64,000 nucleotides of DNA from the human T2T-CHM13v2.0 reference genome, Homo sapiens (GCF_009914755.1 NC_060946.1), one strand, 5' to 3'. Positions 1-19,865 are shown, counted from the first letter of the stretch. Notes: generated from the sequence alone by a model not told the origin. Translations and numbers: made by a program.

Positions 1-257
1 CTCATAAAATGAGTTAGGGAGGAGTCCCTCTTTTACCATTGTTTGGAATAGTTTCAGAAGGAATGGTACCAGCTCCTCTTTATATCTCCAGCATAATTCA
101 GCCATGAATCCGTCTGGTCCCGGGCTTTTTTTGGTTGGTAAGCTATTCATTACTGACTCAATTTCAGAACTTTTTATAGGTCTATTCAGGGATTCTACTT
201 CTTCCTGATTTTGTCGTGGGAGGGTGTATGTGCCAGGAATGTATCCATATTTTCTAG

Positions 258-698
<441 letters not shown>

Positions 699-936
699 TA
701 GTCTAGCTAGTGGTCCATTTATTTTGTTAATCTCCTGGATTCACTGATATTTTGAAGGGTTTTTCGTGTCTCTATCTCTTTCAGTTCTACTCTGATCATA
801 GTTATTTCTTGTCTTCTGGTAGCTTCTGAATTTGTTTACTCTTCTCTAGGTTTTTTAATTGTGATATTAAGGGGTCGATTTTAGATCTTTCCAGCTTTCT
901 GTTATTGGCATTTAGTGCTATAAATTTCCCTCTTAA

Positions 937-1428
<492 letters not shown>

Positions 1429-1480
1429 TTGAGTGAGTTTCTTAATCCTGAGTTCTAATTTGTACATGTACAAATTAGAG

Positions 1481-1860
1481 TACAACATGGAAGGTTATGC
1501 AACCATAAAAAAATCATGAGTTCATGTTCTTTGAAGAGACATGGATGAAACTAGAAGCCATCATTCTCAGCAAACTAACACAGGAACAGAAAACCAAACA
1601 GTGCATGTTCTCACTCACAAATGGGAGTTGAACAATAACACATGGACACACGGAGGGGAACATCACACACAGAGGCCTGTCAGGGGTTGGAGGGGAAGAG
1701 GAGGGAGAGCATTAGGACAAATACCTCATGCATGTGGGGCTTAAAACTTAGATTACAGGTTGATAGATGGAGCGAACCACCACAGCACATATATACCTAT
1801 GTAACAAACCTGTACATTCTGCACATGTATCCCAGAAATTAAAGTAAAAATTTTAAAACA
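1481..1860 (+). mobile_element. L1PA 3' end (about L1PA8-10): ORF2 terminus, 3'UTR and A-rich tail
   Basis: gcattaggacaaatacc...catgtatcccagaa-type 3'UTR. Confidence 0.85.
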
Positions 1861-2620
1861 GATATAAATATTGTATACATAAAAAAGACATACAATGTTT
1901 ATGAATAGAAAGATTTTATATTGTAAATAAGTCATTTCTACTCATTAAATTATGGTTGAATGCAATCCTACTCAAAATCCTATCAGGTAATTTGGAAATG
2001 GACAAGCTAATTTAAATTTTTTTTGAAAATTTAAAAGGACAAGAGAACCAAGAAAGTTCTGAAGAAGAATAGAGCTCAAGAATCTATACCATCAGATGTC
2101 TCCAACTTTATTACAATTAAAATAAGATGGTATTAGCAGGACATACAAATAGAGAAATCAAAAGCAAACTCATACTTATACCATCACCTGATTTATGACA
2201 AAGGTGAAACTGCAGTGCAGTGAGGAAATAACAATCTTCTCAATAAATGGTGGTAGATAATTTGGATATCAATATGGGGGAATAAAAGACTTTAACCCTT
2301 GTCTTGCATCAGAAACAAAAGTCAATCGTAGGTGGGTTATAAAGCTCAATCTGAAAGGGTAAAAATTTTTTAAAAAGCTTCTGTAACATAGAAGAATACC
2401 TTTATGACAATTGGGTAGACAAAAATTTCTTAAGCAAGACTAAATAAGCATTAACTACACAGAAAAAGTCTGATAAATTGAACTACATTAAAATGAAGAA
2501 ATTGGCATTAACGAAGTCACCATTAAGAGAAAGAAAAGACAAGTTAAATTGAGAGAAGATATCTGCAATGTTTAGGTCCAATCAAAAATTTATATCCAGA
2601 ATGTATAAAAATTTCCTATA
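1861..2620 (+). mobile_element. Old, degraded L1M ORF2 3' fragment
   Basis: Degenerate matches to ORF2 motifs (caataaatggtg, aactacattaaaatgaagaa, atatccagaat). Confidence 0.7.
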
Positions 2621-2661
2621 AATCTTCATATATTCTGGATATAAATTTTTGATTGGACATA

Positions 2662-5300
<2,639 letters not shown>

Positions 5301-6089
5301 ATTAAAAATCATTGAAATGTACACTTTAAAAAACAACAAAAAAAGAGTGTATTTTATCAGGATTCTGAGTAGAGTGCTCTAGAGTATGACATAGGTTAGG
5401 GAATGTCTTAATAAGGTTCAAAATTCTAGGAATAATGAAACTAGCAAAAAAGTTTTGAATAATGCCAGGGATTCAACTGCCTCCCTGGCCTTTCCCTGCC
5501 AATCAATGTGCCCCAGCAGCCAATTTACACAGCACTGTGTGCAGGCTTGTAAATAGACCTTCCAGTTCTGCTATAATCAAGACCTTATTGTCCATAACTC
5601 AATTTGGAGAAGGTTTAGCTGTCTACCAACTCTTGTGCAGAGTTTCTGTGAGGTTTTGTTTTGGGTTGCAAGAATCTGGAAAACAAATGCAGATATTTTT
5701 GAGGAAGATTTTGAAATTTCTATTTACAAGGTACCAAAAATGGGATGCAAACTCGAATTTGGTTGATGTTCTGAAATACATACCTGTGTCTTGAGATTTG
5801 CTTGAGCAAACCTTTAACCATGGAAATTTGAAACAATGATTTCCGGGTTGAAATAATTCCAGTTTTGTCATTTAAATACCACAAACGAATCTGTTTTAGC
5901 ACAGGGTACAAATATCTTTTTTCCTTTTGTGCATTTGGCAATAGTGTGTTTTGGTAATAAAACATAGCTCTGCATATTAATGAAACATAGCTCTGCATAT
6001 TTTGTCTGGGGAAAATTAGCATTCTGTGAACAAAGTCAACAATTTCTGGCCTCACATTAGTTTTCCTATTATAATTAAAACTTAGTTTT

Positions 6090-6478
<389 letters not shown>

Positions 6479-6919
6479 TTACTGAGAGCAGAAACATAAT
6501 GCAGAAAAGAAAAAAGACCAACAGTCTCTAGATTGCTGGATTTATGTGGATATGATGGGGTTGGTGTTAAACGATTTCTCCCTTGAATCATAGCAAAGAT
6601 GATTTTGTGACGCATAGCTCTTTCATAAATATACTTTCCAACCATTCAGCATTACCTATCTTTTGGTTTATTTTGCTTTGTGTTTCTGCTCTGATATCAT
6701 TTCTGGAAACAAATTACAGTAAAAAATTTATTGAGAGCTGGCATTGTGAATTGTGCCTAGGACTTAATTCATACAGAGAAGGTGAATTCTGCTGAAAGGT
6801 GCTTAATACACTGCCCTCCAAATCAAGAGAAACAGGCCATTCTGGGACACACATAGCCTGTCTCACACAGGGGTTAGGAAGCAGAGATATCAGGGAATTG
6901 GGACTATGTCTTCATGATA

Positions 6920-7291
6920 GATATGGTTAGGCTTTGTGTGCCCCCATCTCATCTTGAATTGTAATCCCCATATGTTAAGGGAGACACCTGGTGGGAAGTG
7001 ATTGGATCATGGGGGGTAGTTCCCCCCATGCCGTTCTTGTGATACTGAGTGAATTCTCATGAATTCTGATGGTTTTATAAATCGTAGTTTTTTCTGCACA
7101 CACACACATGTTCTTTTTCCTGCTGCCATGTAAGAAGGTCCAGTTTGCTTCTCCTTTGCCTTTTGCCATGATTGTAAGTTTCCTGAGGCCTCCCCAGCTA
7201 TGAGGAACTGTGAGTCAATTTAACCTCTTTGCTTTATAAATTACTCAGTCTTGGGAAGATTTTTATTGCAGTGTGAGAATGGACTATTACA
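6920..7291 (+). mobile_element. THE1 (MaLR) LTR, THE1D-like
   Basis: Starts gatatggttaggctttgtg..atctcatcttgaattgtaatcccc and ends gtgagaatggactattaca. Confidence 0.85.
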
Positions 7292-8505
7292 GTAAATTCG
7301 TACTGGTAGAGTTGGATACTGCTATAAAGATACCAGCAATGTAAAAGTGACTTTGGGTCTGGAGATGGAGATGAGAAACCTATTGGGAACTACTGCAAAG
7401 GTCACTCTTGCTATGCTTAAGCAGAAACTGGCAGCATTTTCCCCTGCCCTAAAGAGCTGTGGAACTTTGAACTTAGATGATCTGAAATAGAAACTTACGT
7501 TTAAAAGGGAAGCAGAGCATAAAAGTTTGGAAAAATTTGCAGCCTGATAATGCTATAGAAAAGAAAAACCCATTATTGGGGGTAAAAGTTCAAGCCAGCT
7601 GCAAAAATTTGCATAAGCCACAAGGAGCCTAATGTTAATCACCAAGACAATGGGGAACATGTCTCCAGGGCATGTCAGAGACCTTCACAGAAGCCTTTCA
7701 CATCACAGACCAGGAGGTCTAAGAGGAAAAAAATGGCTTTGTGTGCAGGGTCCAGGCCTTGCTGCTTTGTGCCACCTCAGTACTTGGTGCCCTGTGTCCC
7801 AGCCACTACATCTGTGGATAAAAGGGGCCAAGGTACAGTTCAGACCATTGCTTCTGTAGGTACAAGCCCCAAGCTTTGTTGGCTTCCATGTGGTGTTGAG
7901 CCTGTGAGTGCACAGAAGTCAAGAATTGGGGTTTGGGAACCTCCACCTAGATTTAAAAGCATGTAAGGAAAAGCCTGGATATACAGGAAGAAGTTTGCTG
8001 CAGGGGTGGAGCCCTCATGGAGAACCTCTGTTAGGGCAGTGCAGAAGAGAAATGTGAGGTCAGAGCCTTCACACACAGTCCCCACTGAGGCACTGCCTAG
8101 TGGAGCTGTGAGAAGAGAGCCACTATTCTCCAGATCCCAGAATGGTAGATCAACCAACAGCTTGCATTGTACATCTTGAAAAGCTGCAGACACTCAATGC
8201 CAGCCTATGAAAGCAGCTTTGAATGGGGCTGTACCCTGCAAAGGCACAGGGGCAGAGCTGCCCAAGACCATGAGAGCCTACTTCTTGCACCAGTGTGACC
8301 TGAATGTGAGACACATGGTCAAAGGAGATTATTTTGGAGCTTTAAAATTCAATGACTACCCTGCTGGATTCTGGACTTGCATGGGGCCTTTAGCCCCTTT
8401 GTTTTGTCCAGTTCTCCTATATGGAATGGGAGCATCCTCATCCAACGCCTGTACCTTCATTGTATCTTAGAAGTAATTAACTTGGTTTTGATTTTATAGG
8501 CCATG
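7292..8505 (+). mobile_element. THE1 internal sequence, partial; no 3' LTR seen
   Basis: Directly follows the LTR; typical MaLR-int text (gaactttgaacttaga, gagctgcccaagacc, ggagctttaa). Confidence 0.8.
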
Positions 8506-9740
8506 CTAATCAGTGTTCAGTTCCAGATTCCAATTTATTCTCAGTGTGCCTGTATAACTTTTCTTTCCATATATATGGAATTAAATTTCTATTACTTATT
8601 TGAATGTTATAGAATACTGTTCATATATTTAAAATAAAACCACCAGGTATAATGACTTCTGGCTTAGTATAAAAAAGCTTTTACCCAGTTAGCATTATTT
8701 ACACAGGTGGATGTGGCTCCACAACATTTAGAGAAGAAGAACTAATTCAGCTGTCATATGTTGCCGTGACTCAGCCTCTGAAGTGATTATGAAAAAATCC
8801 AAATTTCAGCAAAATTATATGGTTGTTTTCAGTACCTCTGAAGGTGGTATATCAAGAATTCTCATGCTACTGTTTGAGAAAACAGATTCTGTTATTACCT
8901 GGAAAATCAACTGCAAGGCATTTTTATAACCTTATCCCATGTAAAAAAAATACATTGAAATGTATTAATAAATGCAGACTACATTACTTGAAAAATGGTA
9001 ATACAGAATGCCACTTTTAATATTTGAGAATATGAAATTTTGGTAAAAATAATGTAAAATAAAGTTTCTGGTAAGCCTTGGGCAGTTAAATTTACATCAG
9101 AGTAAAGTAGGATGAAAATCTGTAAAAAATAAAAACAAAAAAACAAACAAAAACCTACACAAAAAAATCCTAACATCCACCAATGCATACATATTGATCT
9201 TTGTGCTGGGAAAATCTAAAGCAAAACATTTTGGTAAACTTGACAGTTATTTATTTTGACTATATTGGCATGTTGATACTGCTTATATTTAATTTGAGTG
9301 AAACATGTCCACATTATTAAAAGTGTTGCTTTGTACTATGAATGATGGATGTAAAGTCTTGATCCTCATCCAAATAAATATGGCAACACTTTCTTCTGCT
9401 TCTTTCAAGCTGAGGCATTATGAAAGCTCAAATTTGAAGTGAGAGGGACTTAACATCAGAGCCTGAAAAACCAAGAGGAATGAGGTAGGATGATCAGCTC
9501 TGAAGCTCAGGGTGGCCTGGGGAAATTCAATATAATGATGTCAACTATGAAGCTTACTGGGTAAAACTACAAATAGGCTGATCTCATTTTACAGAGGTAA
9601 ACCCACACTCCCTTTTCCAAGAAAGTAAAAAACAAAACAAGCAAATAAAACTAAAAATACAAACTTGAAAACATCATGGCTTAAATTTGGTGGGAAGAAG
9701 CCTCTGGTATCAAAAATAGTTGTGCCAAAAGAATTGAGCC

Positions 9741-10039
<299 letters not shown>

Positions 10040-10606
10040 GAATTGAGCCAGAATAAAATGTATTTAAGGGTTACTAAGGGGAATGTTTCTAGCACATAAG
10101 TATTTGTTCCATGTCTTATTATATTATATTAGGCAATATCCTTTCATGTAATGTCAGCTTCTCCAAGATAGGGATGTCAAAGAGAAACTAAGACAAGTGC
10201 CTAATATGCCATAGGCATTTTGTTCTCAAATTTAACAAACTTGAAATGATTGTATAAATTTTACTGAACTGTGTTTTATGTATAAAACTCACCTAAAGGC
10301 ATTATCCAGTACATACAACCTTCAGTCTTTTCTGGGATGTTCTGTTGCCTGATTTCAAATCAAACTTATTGAAATTCTAGCAATTTCTCCAGTCCCAGAT
10401 GTAAAAATAAAAAAGCGGAAATAAAGCCAAATTACCCCCAAAAGAATATGCATTATACGTATAGAACAAATGAACCCAAAACCACATAAGGTAAACAAAT
10501 CTACTGGTTCAAAATTAAGCCTAACTTCAACAGTACCAGGCAAAAACCATTTGTAAAAATTACCAAAGTCAAAATACAGAAACCCTTAGTCTATTATGCC
10601 AATAAA

Positions 10607-11674
10607 TATCAGGGAACCTGCCCCGATAGTCACGTAGGTTCTTTTCTATTTTCCCTAAGTGTCAGCTGGTTTGAGAAATAAAGGGGGAGAGTACAAAAGA
10701 GAGAAATTTTAAAGCTGGGCATCCCAGGGAGATATCACATGTCGGTACGTTCCGTGATGCCCCCCAAGCCACAAAACCAGCAAGTTTTTATTAGGGACTT
10801 TCAAAAGTGGAGGAAGTGTACGAATAGGGTGTGGGTCATAAAGATCACGTACTTCACAAGGTAATAGAATATCACAAGGCAAACAGAGGCAGGGCAAGTT
10901 CACAAGACCACAGGACCGGGGCAAAATTAAAACTGCTATTGAAGTTTCAGACACCATTGTCATTGACAACATCTTAACAGGAGACAGGGTTTGAGAGCAA
11001 CTGGTCTGACCAAAATTTATTAGGCAGGAATTTCCTCTTCCTAATAAGCCTGGGAATGCTACAGGAGACTGGGGTTTATTTCACCCATACAGTTTTGACC
11101 ATAGAAGATGGCCACACCCAAGGGGGCCATTTATAGGCCCACCCTCAGGGGTGCATTCTCTTTCTCAGGGATGTTCCTTGCTGAGAAAAAGAATTCAGTG
11201 ATATTTCTCCCATTTGCTTTTCAAAGAAGAGAAATATGGCTCTGTTACACCTGGATCACCAGCCGTCAGAGTCTAAGGTTATCTCTCTTATTCCCTGAAC
11301 AATTGCTGTTATCCTGTTCTTTTTTCAAGGTGCCCAGATTTCATATTGTTCAAACACACATGCTCTACAACCTGTGCGGTTAATGCAATTATCACAGGGT
11401 CCTGAGGTGACATACATCCTCCTCAGCTGACAGGATTAAGAGATTAAAGTAAAGATAGGCATAGGAAATTACAAGCGTATTGACTGGGGAAGTGATAAGT
11501 GTCCATGAAATCTTCACAATTTGTGTTTAGAGATTGCAGTAAAGACAGGCATAGGAAATTATAAAAGTATTAATTTGGGGAACTAATAAATGTCCATGAA
11601 ATCTTCACAGTCCACATTCTTCTGCCATGGCTTCAGCCGGTCCCCCCATTTGGGGTCCCTGACTTCCCACAACA
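10607..11674 (-). mobile_element. MER11 solo LTR (HERV-K11/HML-8)
   Basis: Minus strand starts tgttgtgggaagtcagggacccc...gaagccatggcagaaga; internal ~80-bp tandem unit at 11448-11610; 6-bp TSD aataaa (10601-10606 and 11675-11680). Confidence 0.88.
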
Positions 11675-11813
11675 AATAAAAATTAGCATTTAAAAAATAC
11701 ATTAAATATAACAGAACGTATACAATTACAATAAAATATTTTTAAATGATAATCTTATTTTCAAATATTTACTGTATTTAGACAAGACTTTTAATGAAAA
11801 ATACTTATAGCTA

Positions 11814-12178
<365 letters not shown>

Positions 12179-13000
12179 TCAAGGTTGTGGAATAATTTAT
12201 CCTGGACACACAGCTAATGACCCAAATCAAGCTCAGATGTGTTTGATTTTAAAATTCTCCTTTTTCCACTGTGGACAATGTTGATGTAACAGTTAAATCT
12301 TGGTCTCAGAGTTGGTGGTTGGGAACAAATCAAGGCAAGTACTATTATGATTTGTTTTGTATTCTTTATCACCAACATTTTCTTCTCTAATATGTCAGTA
12401 TTTACATTTGGACCACAGCTGACTTTTACTGAAGTCTACTATAAAACATGGCTAAATTGAAAATTAATGTGATCACAAAATGATTTGTCATGAAAGCAGG
12501 TATAATTTTCAAGTTTCAGCTCAGTCTCAAATTTGTATCTATTTGAATTTTTTGAGTATTTCTGACATATACTCAAGTAAATATCAAATGTATTGTTTTA
12601 TTCAATTTTTGGGATTCAATTAAAAAATAATTTGTATTCAAGTTTGTTGTTATATTTACTTTTGACCAAATTTGACTTTCCAAGCAGGAAAAGCTAAAGC
12701 ATTTTTTTCAAAGGTTCAAGGGACTTAAGCTTACTGGCATCAAATGTTCTGTAGTAAAACAGGCAAATAAAACCTAATATTTTTATCAATAATAATTTAA
12801 TAGTTTTATGTCTGAGAACCTAAGAATCAAAGACATCAACTCCAGATGATGTCAATTGCATAATTACACTGGTAAGATAGAAAATGATTATGAGAGTCTA
12901 ACAAATGATGGATATGGCAACCTAACACTTGACAAAACCATTCAGGATGTGTTAGACAAACAAGAAGGTACTGCTAATGTAAAGCTTTTTCTTTCTCTAA

Positions 13001-13307
<307 letters not shown>

Positions 13308-14613
13308 CAACTTTACTCTTTATTCTCAACCTTACAACCATCAGATACTCTTGTACACAGAATAAGAAAAATCAACTTTTTTTCCTTGAAGACAATGTTT
13401 CATCTTGTATTTTATAATATCTGTTCCACATTGCTGTGACAATGCTGTTGAAGTGCACCTTCCTTCCTTCACCAAAAGATCACCTGTGTGAATTTGAATA
13501 GATGGTCACTGGAGGGGACCAGCTTGGCACACTGGATTGAATTGTCTCTTTGCTTTTCAGGCAAAGCGGCTTTGAAAAGACTGAAAATAAAGAGACTGCT
13601 GATTAAGCAGATGGCTTGCCATGTCAATAGGACAATTGTTTGAAAATCATGTCGCATGAACCACAACTATTAAAATGTGAAATGCATGATGCAAATAGTG
13701 CACAAAAAAATAGAATGAAAATGATGAATCCAGCCATAAAAGACAGCCAAACTCCATTTTAGCAATAAAGTAAAATATAATCTGCTGTCAGGGGAAGGTA
13801 ATTTGAAGCACTTGAGATATTCTTTAATTTAAAAATCCAAAAATATTTTTAGCTTTAGTTACTATAATACATGTTTAAGCATTTTCCATTTGAAATAAAA
13901 TTTTAATTTCATGCTTTGTCAGTTTAGTTTCCCTAAATAAATAGAAAATAGTAAAATATCACATACTAAAAAAATCAACTTCTTTGGTAATAAATCAGTT
14001 CAACTGTCAGACCAAAACATTGTTACATTTTACCCAATGTCATGCTGACCAATTTGATCAAATGCCACTTCCTTATAACTAAGAGAGATGCAAAGATGTA
14101 GACTTTATGTTGAGTGAGACAGGTAAGGATTACTAGGAGCTAGATAATTGTCGATTTTCATTACTATTTTGTCTCTATGTTAATTAATGGTCTTGATTCA
14201 AGAAAATTTTTTTAAAAACTCATCTTCTCCGTCAGGCAAAATATTAACAAAAACGCATATAAATGAAGGCATTTAACACAGTCATAGTTTACATTTTAAA
14301 ATTAATATACTTCTAGAAATAACAAAAAAAGAAAAAAGATATAAAAAAGAAATGAACTTAATTTTTGTTGCAAAGCACTCATTACTAAACCTAACACAAA
14401 TACTTTGGTAAAGGCTTTCTAACACTGACATTCTTCTCAGGACTTAAAAGAGCCACTAATTTTACTTTTGACATATATTTAGTTTTAATGTTAAAAGCTA
14501 AAAGGAGCCTATTATTTTATTTATAATTTGTGCTCTGCATGTACATCATCATCCATTGAGTCGACTAAGGTTTCTGAAAGTTTCAGAAACAGTAACATAA
14601 GAATACTTTTTCT

Positions 14614-14787
14614 GGCCATGCATGGTGGCTCACGCCTGTAATCCCAGCACTTTGGGAGGCCGGGGTGGGGGGATCACCTGAAGTCAGGCATTCGAGATCA
14701 GCCTGATGAACCTGGTGAAACCCCATCTCTACTAAAAATACAAAATTAGCTGGGTGTGGTGACACATGCCTGTAACCCCAGCTACTC
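14614..14787 (+). mobile_element. Alu, 3'-truncated
   Basis: Left monomer, A5TACA linker and start of right monomer; no tail. Confidence 0.88.
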
Positions 14788-16213
14788 CTTTAATGACCAT
14801 ATGTGAAGTTTCTTTTGAACTAATCATAACTACCTATTTTTATTGCTTTTTTTGCTCCTATTAGAAAAAAATATTAAAGTTCCTGTTACTACAAACACAA
14901 ACTATTCAAATCTAAGCATAGTGCTTATCTTAAAAGATCTGTATGCTTGGAATTATGGAAATCCTATTCTCCATTTAAAATACTGCTTTTCAGTAAGCCA
15001 AATGGGGCAAATGTGGCTCACAATCATGTTATTAAATATTAATACCATCATCAAGATGGAACTTTTAGTTATCTACATGTTCAAATGGTTTTAACTTATA
15101 ATAAGTCAGAAGCTATAAATTTTTATAAACTATAAAAATAAACAAAAAATATATTTGTCAATGCATTTTTTTCAGTTTTAAAATACTTAGCCCCAGGATT
15201 ATTTCTAGTTGACATAACACTAGATTTCAGATGATGTGGATGTAGAAACTAGAAACGTCCTGGTTGACTCTGCTTCACTTTCTGCCTTCATTTAGCACAC
15301 AATCATAGCAGCACAATGAAAGCCAGCAATGCTACCCCTTTTGAAAAACACACCACTGCCCTTCTAGGGAGAATATATGTGTGAAAAGATTCAACTGAAA
15401 GTCATGCCATCTTTTCTTTTATTTACAGACTTATATATGATAAATAATACAAATAAAAATTTAACACTTCCATATAATCAGAAAATTATTCTAAAAATTC
15501 CTTCTGACACATTATTCTTTTTCACCAAAATGGTTGTGATGCAATGATTGCCTTTGCAGGACTGTTGTCTTAAATAACCAATACTCCCGTTTCATTGTTC
15601 TTGAGCTTTAAACATAAAGCTTTCATGCTTTTTCTAGAAATGTCATTTCCTAATTATGTCACTTAGGTATGATTGCCATAGCTTCGTATTTTCAAAAATG
15701 GTTCTAAAAAAACTTAAACCACTGACCATCTTTGTTTCCCAAAGGAGTAGACTAATAAATTAACACTATCATCTAGCATACTGTAAATAGATGAAAAATG
15801 AAGATGTAGAGCAGTGGTGTCCAATTTTTTGGCTTCCCTAGGACACACTAGAAGAATTGTCTTGAGCCATACATAAAATACACCAATGATGATTAAAAAA
15901 ATCACAAAAAACTCATAATGCTTTTAGAAAGTTTATGAATTTGTTTAGGGCTGCACTGAAAGCCATATTGGGCCACATGCAGCCTGTAGGTCATGAGTTG
16001 GACAAGCTTCACGTACAGTCATTTATTTTAGCTGCACACTCAAGACTAAGGCCAAGAGCTTTCAGAGAAAATAGCTTATAGGCTGTCAGGAGACCTGTTA
16101 TAGAAACATTCACCCCTATGTCTAAAGGGGACAAAATTCTATGTCTTCCACCCTTAATTCCAACCATTAACCAAAACTGGAGAAATCTAACATGGCATTA
16201 TATCACAAAGTAC

Positions 16214-18980
16214 TTTATTATTTTTATTTTGGGTTCAAGGATACATGTGCAGATTTGTAACATAGGTATACTGCATGACGTTGAGGTTCGGACAATTAAT
16301 AATCCCATTGCCCAGGTAGTGTACATTATACATGATAAGTACTTTTTAACCCTTGTACCCCTTCTCCCTCCATTTTGGAATCCTTTGTGTTTATTGTTCT
16401 CATCTTTGCTTCCATGTGTACCCAATGTTTAGCTTCCAATTATAAGTGAGAAAATGTAGTATTTGGTTTTCTGTTCTGTGTTAATTTGCTTAGGATCATG
16501 AACTTGAGTTGCACCCATGTTGCTGCAAAGAGTATTACATGATTCTTCTTCAGTGGCTGCATAGTATTGGATGGTGTGTAATTACCTAATTTTTAAAATC
16601 CATCTTAAGATTTATGAGCACATGGTTTCATTCCACGTTTTTGCTATTGTGACTAGTGCTGCAATAAACATATGAGTGCAGGTGTCTTTTTGGTAGAAAA
16701 ATTTATTTGTGTTTGGGTATATGTCCCGTAGTGAGGCTGCTGGGTCAAATGGTAACTTTAGTTTTAGTCCTTTGAGAAATCCCCAAAATGCATTCTACAG
16801 GAGCTGAACTAATTTGCATTCCCACTAAGAGCATATCAGGCTTCTCTTTTCTACACAATTTTAACATCCGTTTTTTTTACTTTTTAATAATAGTTCATTT
16901 AGACTGGGGTGAGATGGTATCACATTGTGGTTTGGATTTACGTCTCTCTAATCATTAGAAATGTTGATCAATTTTTCATATATTTGATGGCTGCTTTTTT
17001 TGTCTTTTAAAAATATATGTTCACATTTTTTGTCAACATTTTTTCTTAAATTCTTTATAAAACATATATATTAGTTATTTGTTGTATGCAGTTTACACAT
17101 ATTTTAGCTCATACTGTAGGTCATCTGTTTATTTTGTTAATAGTTTCTCTTGCTGTGCAGGTCACAATTTTTAATTTTTTTTTGTTGCTTTCACTTTTGA
17201 GGATGTAGTCATTAATTCTTTACAGAGACCAATGCCAAGGAGAGAATTTTCTAGGTGTTCTTCTAGGATTTTTATAGGTTGAAATCTTACAGATAAGTCT
17301 TTAATGTATCTTGAGTTAATTTTCTATATCATGAGAAGTAGCAGTCGAGTTTTCCTCTTCTGCATATGACTAACCAGTTTTTCCAGCACCTTTTATTGGG
17401 TAGGGAGTTCTTTCCATTTGTTTCTGTTGATGCTGTCAAAAATCAATTAATTGTAAGAGTTCAGCTTCATTTCAAGGCTCTCTCTTCTGTTCAATAGGGA
17501 TGTGTACGTGTGTGTATCTGCATCCATATTATATTGGTTACCATAGCTTGTGGTAAAGTTTGAAGTTTGGTAACATAACGTATCCAGGTTTATTCTTTTT
17601 GTTCAGTATAGCCTTGGCTATTTGAGCTTTTTTGTTTTCATATAAATTTTACAATAGTTTTTTTTGTCTAATTTTATAAAAAATGGCATTGGTAGAGTGA
17701 TAGAAATAGAAATAAACTGTCGATTGTTTGGGCAGTATGAATTTTTTAACAATTCTAATCCATTAGCATGAAATACAATTCCATTTATTTGCACTGTGTC
17801 TGATTTCTTTCAGTAGTGGTTTGTAGTTCTTCTAGTAGAGATATTTAACCTCCTTTGTTTAATGGATCACTATTTTATTTTTTGTTTCTGGCTATTGTAA
17901 ACTGGATTGTGTTCTTAATTTTGCTCTGCTTAAGTGTTACTGGTGTATAGAAATGTTCCTCATTTTGAATGCTGTTTTGCTTTTTGTTGTTGTTGCTGAG
18001 ATTTTGCTGAAGTCTTTTATTAGGCTTAGGAGTCTTTTGGAGGAGTCTTTGAAGTGGGTAGAAAATTATATCATCAGTAAAGACAGATAAGTTGATTTCC
18101 TCTTTTCTTATTTGAGTGATTTTTCCTTCTTTATCTTGCCTGATTGTTCTGGCTAAAACTTTCAGAACTATGTTGAATAGGAGTGGTGAAAGTGCACATT
18201 CTTTTCTTATTTCAATTTTTAGGAAGGATTCATTAATCTTTCACCTGTTCAGTATGATGTTGGCTGAGGATTTGCCTTATATGGCTGTTATTATTTTGAG
18301 GTATGTTCTTTCAATGCCTAGTTTTTTGAGAATTTTTTACATAAATAGATATTACATTTTATTAATTGCTATTTCCACATCTATTGAGGTAATGTGGTTT
18401 TGTTTTTGAATTATTTTTATACGTTGAATCACATTTATAGATTGCGCATGTTAAAACATTCCTGCATTCACAGAATAATGTCCACATAGTTGCAGTGAAA
18501 TAACTTTGATTTCCTGACTCAGTTTGCAAGCATTTAATGAATAATTTTTGTGTGTGTATTCATCAGGGATATTGGCCTGTAATTTTTTTTGTTGTGTCTT
18601 TACTTGATTAATATATCAAGATGAGACTGATATTATATGATAGAATTAATTAGGAAGGAGTCCCACTTTGATTTTTTGGAATACTTTCTGTAGAATTACA
18701 ACCAACTAATTTTTGTATATGTGATAAAATCATGCTGTGAATGTATCTGGTTCAGCACTTTTTATAATTGGTAGATATTTTTTATCACCAATTCAATTTG
18801 CTTACACGTTTTTGATTTCTTCAAGACTTCTGTTTATTCCTGATTCAATCTTGGGAGGTTGTATATTTCTAAGAGTTTATTCATTTCCTCTAGACTTTCT
18901 AGTTGGTGTGCACAGAGATATTTATAGTAGTCTGCAAGTATCTTTTGTATTTTTGTGGGATTGGTTGTCACAAATGTAAC
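16214..18980 (-). mobile_element. Older L1PA (about L1PA13-16)/L1PB 3' portion
   Basis: T-rich tail, 3'UTR atacatgtgcagatttgt, antisense ORF2 (ORF 18834-19019 ...NPTKIQKILADYYK...LPRLNQE). Confidence 0.85.
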
Positions 18981-19170
18981 ATTCAAATAGATGTATAATG
19001 AAAGTGTAACAAAATTCAATATCTCCTCATAATAAAACTCTTGAACTAGTTATAAAATGAATGCAACTCAAGGTAATGTCATGTGTAACAACAATGCACA
19101 CCTAACATACTAAATAAGGAAAAACTGTAAGCCTTTTCTCTAAGAGCTAGAACAAGCCAAGGATGTCTAA

Positions 19171-19479
<309 letters not shown>

Positions 19480-19865
19480 CAATTCCTTTGATCTTACTGA
19501 ACATAATACAAAATGACGAAGACAGAAAAATTTTTCAATAAAGTCAAAGCAATCTTAAAAAAAATGAAGAAGATAAATTATATTTTCCTTGCAGATGATA
19601 TAAACTTAAGTACAGAAAAACCTAGGAGTTCACAAAAAATTATTAGAATAAACAAATTTATTAAACATGCAGGATACAAAATCAACATAAAAATTCAGTA
19701 ACCTTTCTATACACTAACAATAAAGTATCTGAAAATAAAACCAAAAAACAATCCCATCTACAATAATTGCAGCAGTAACTATACTTAGAAATGAAAGTAA
19801 ACAAAAAGGCGAAAGATCTGTACATTATTATCTAAAAAAAAAAGTTAGAAAATAAATAATATTCA

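Noticed and set aside
5980-6001. Short direct repeat aaacatagctctgcatat twice (5960-6000)
   Set aside because: Ordinary local slippage duplication with no further structure.
12856-13000. Protein-like stretch [37 protein letters not shown]
   Set aside because: Non-ATG start, runs into an Alu, no convincing acceptor and no family I can recognise.
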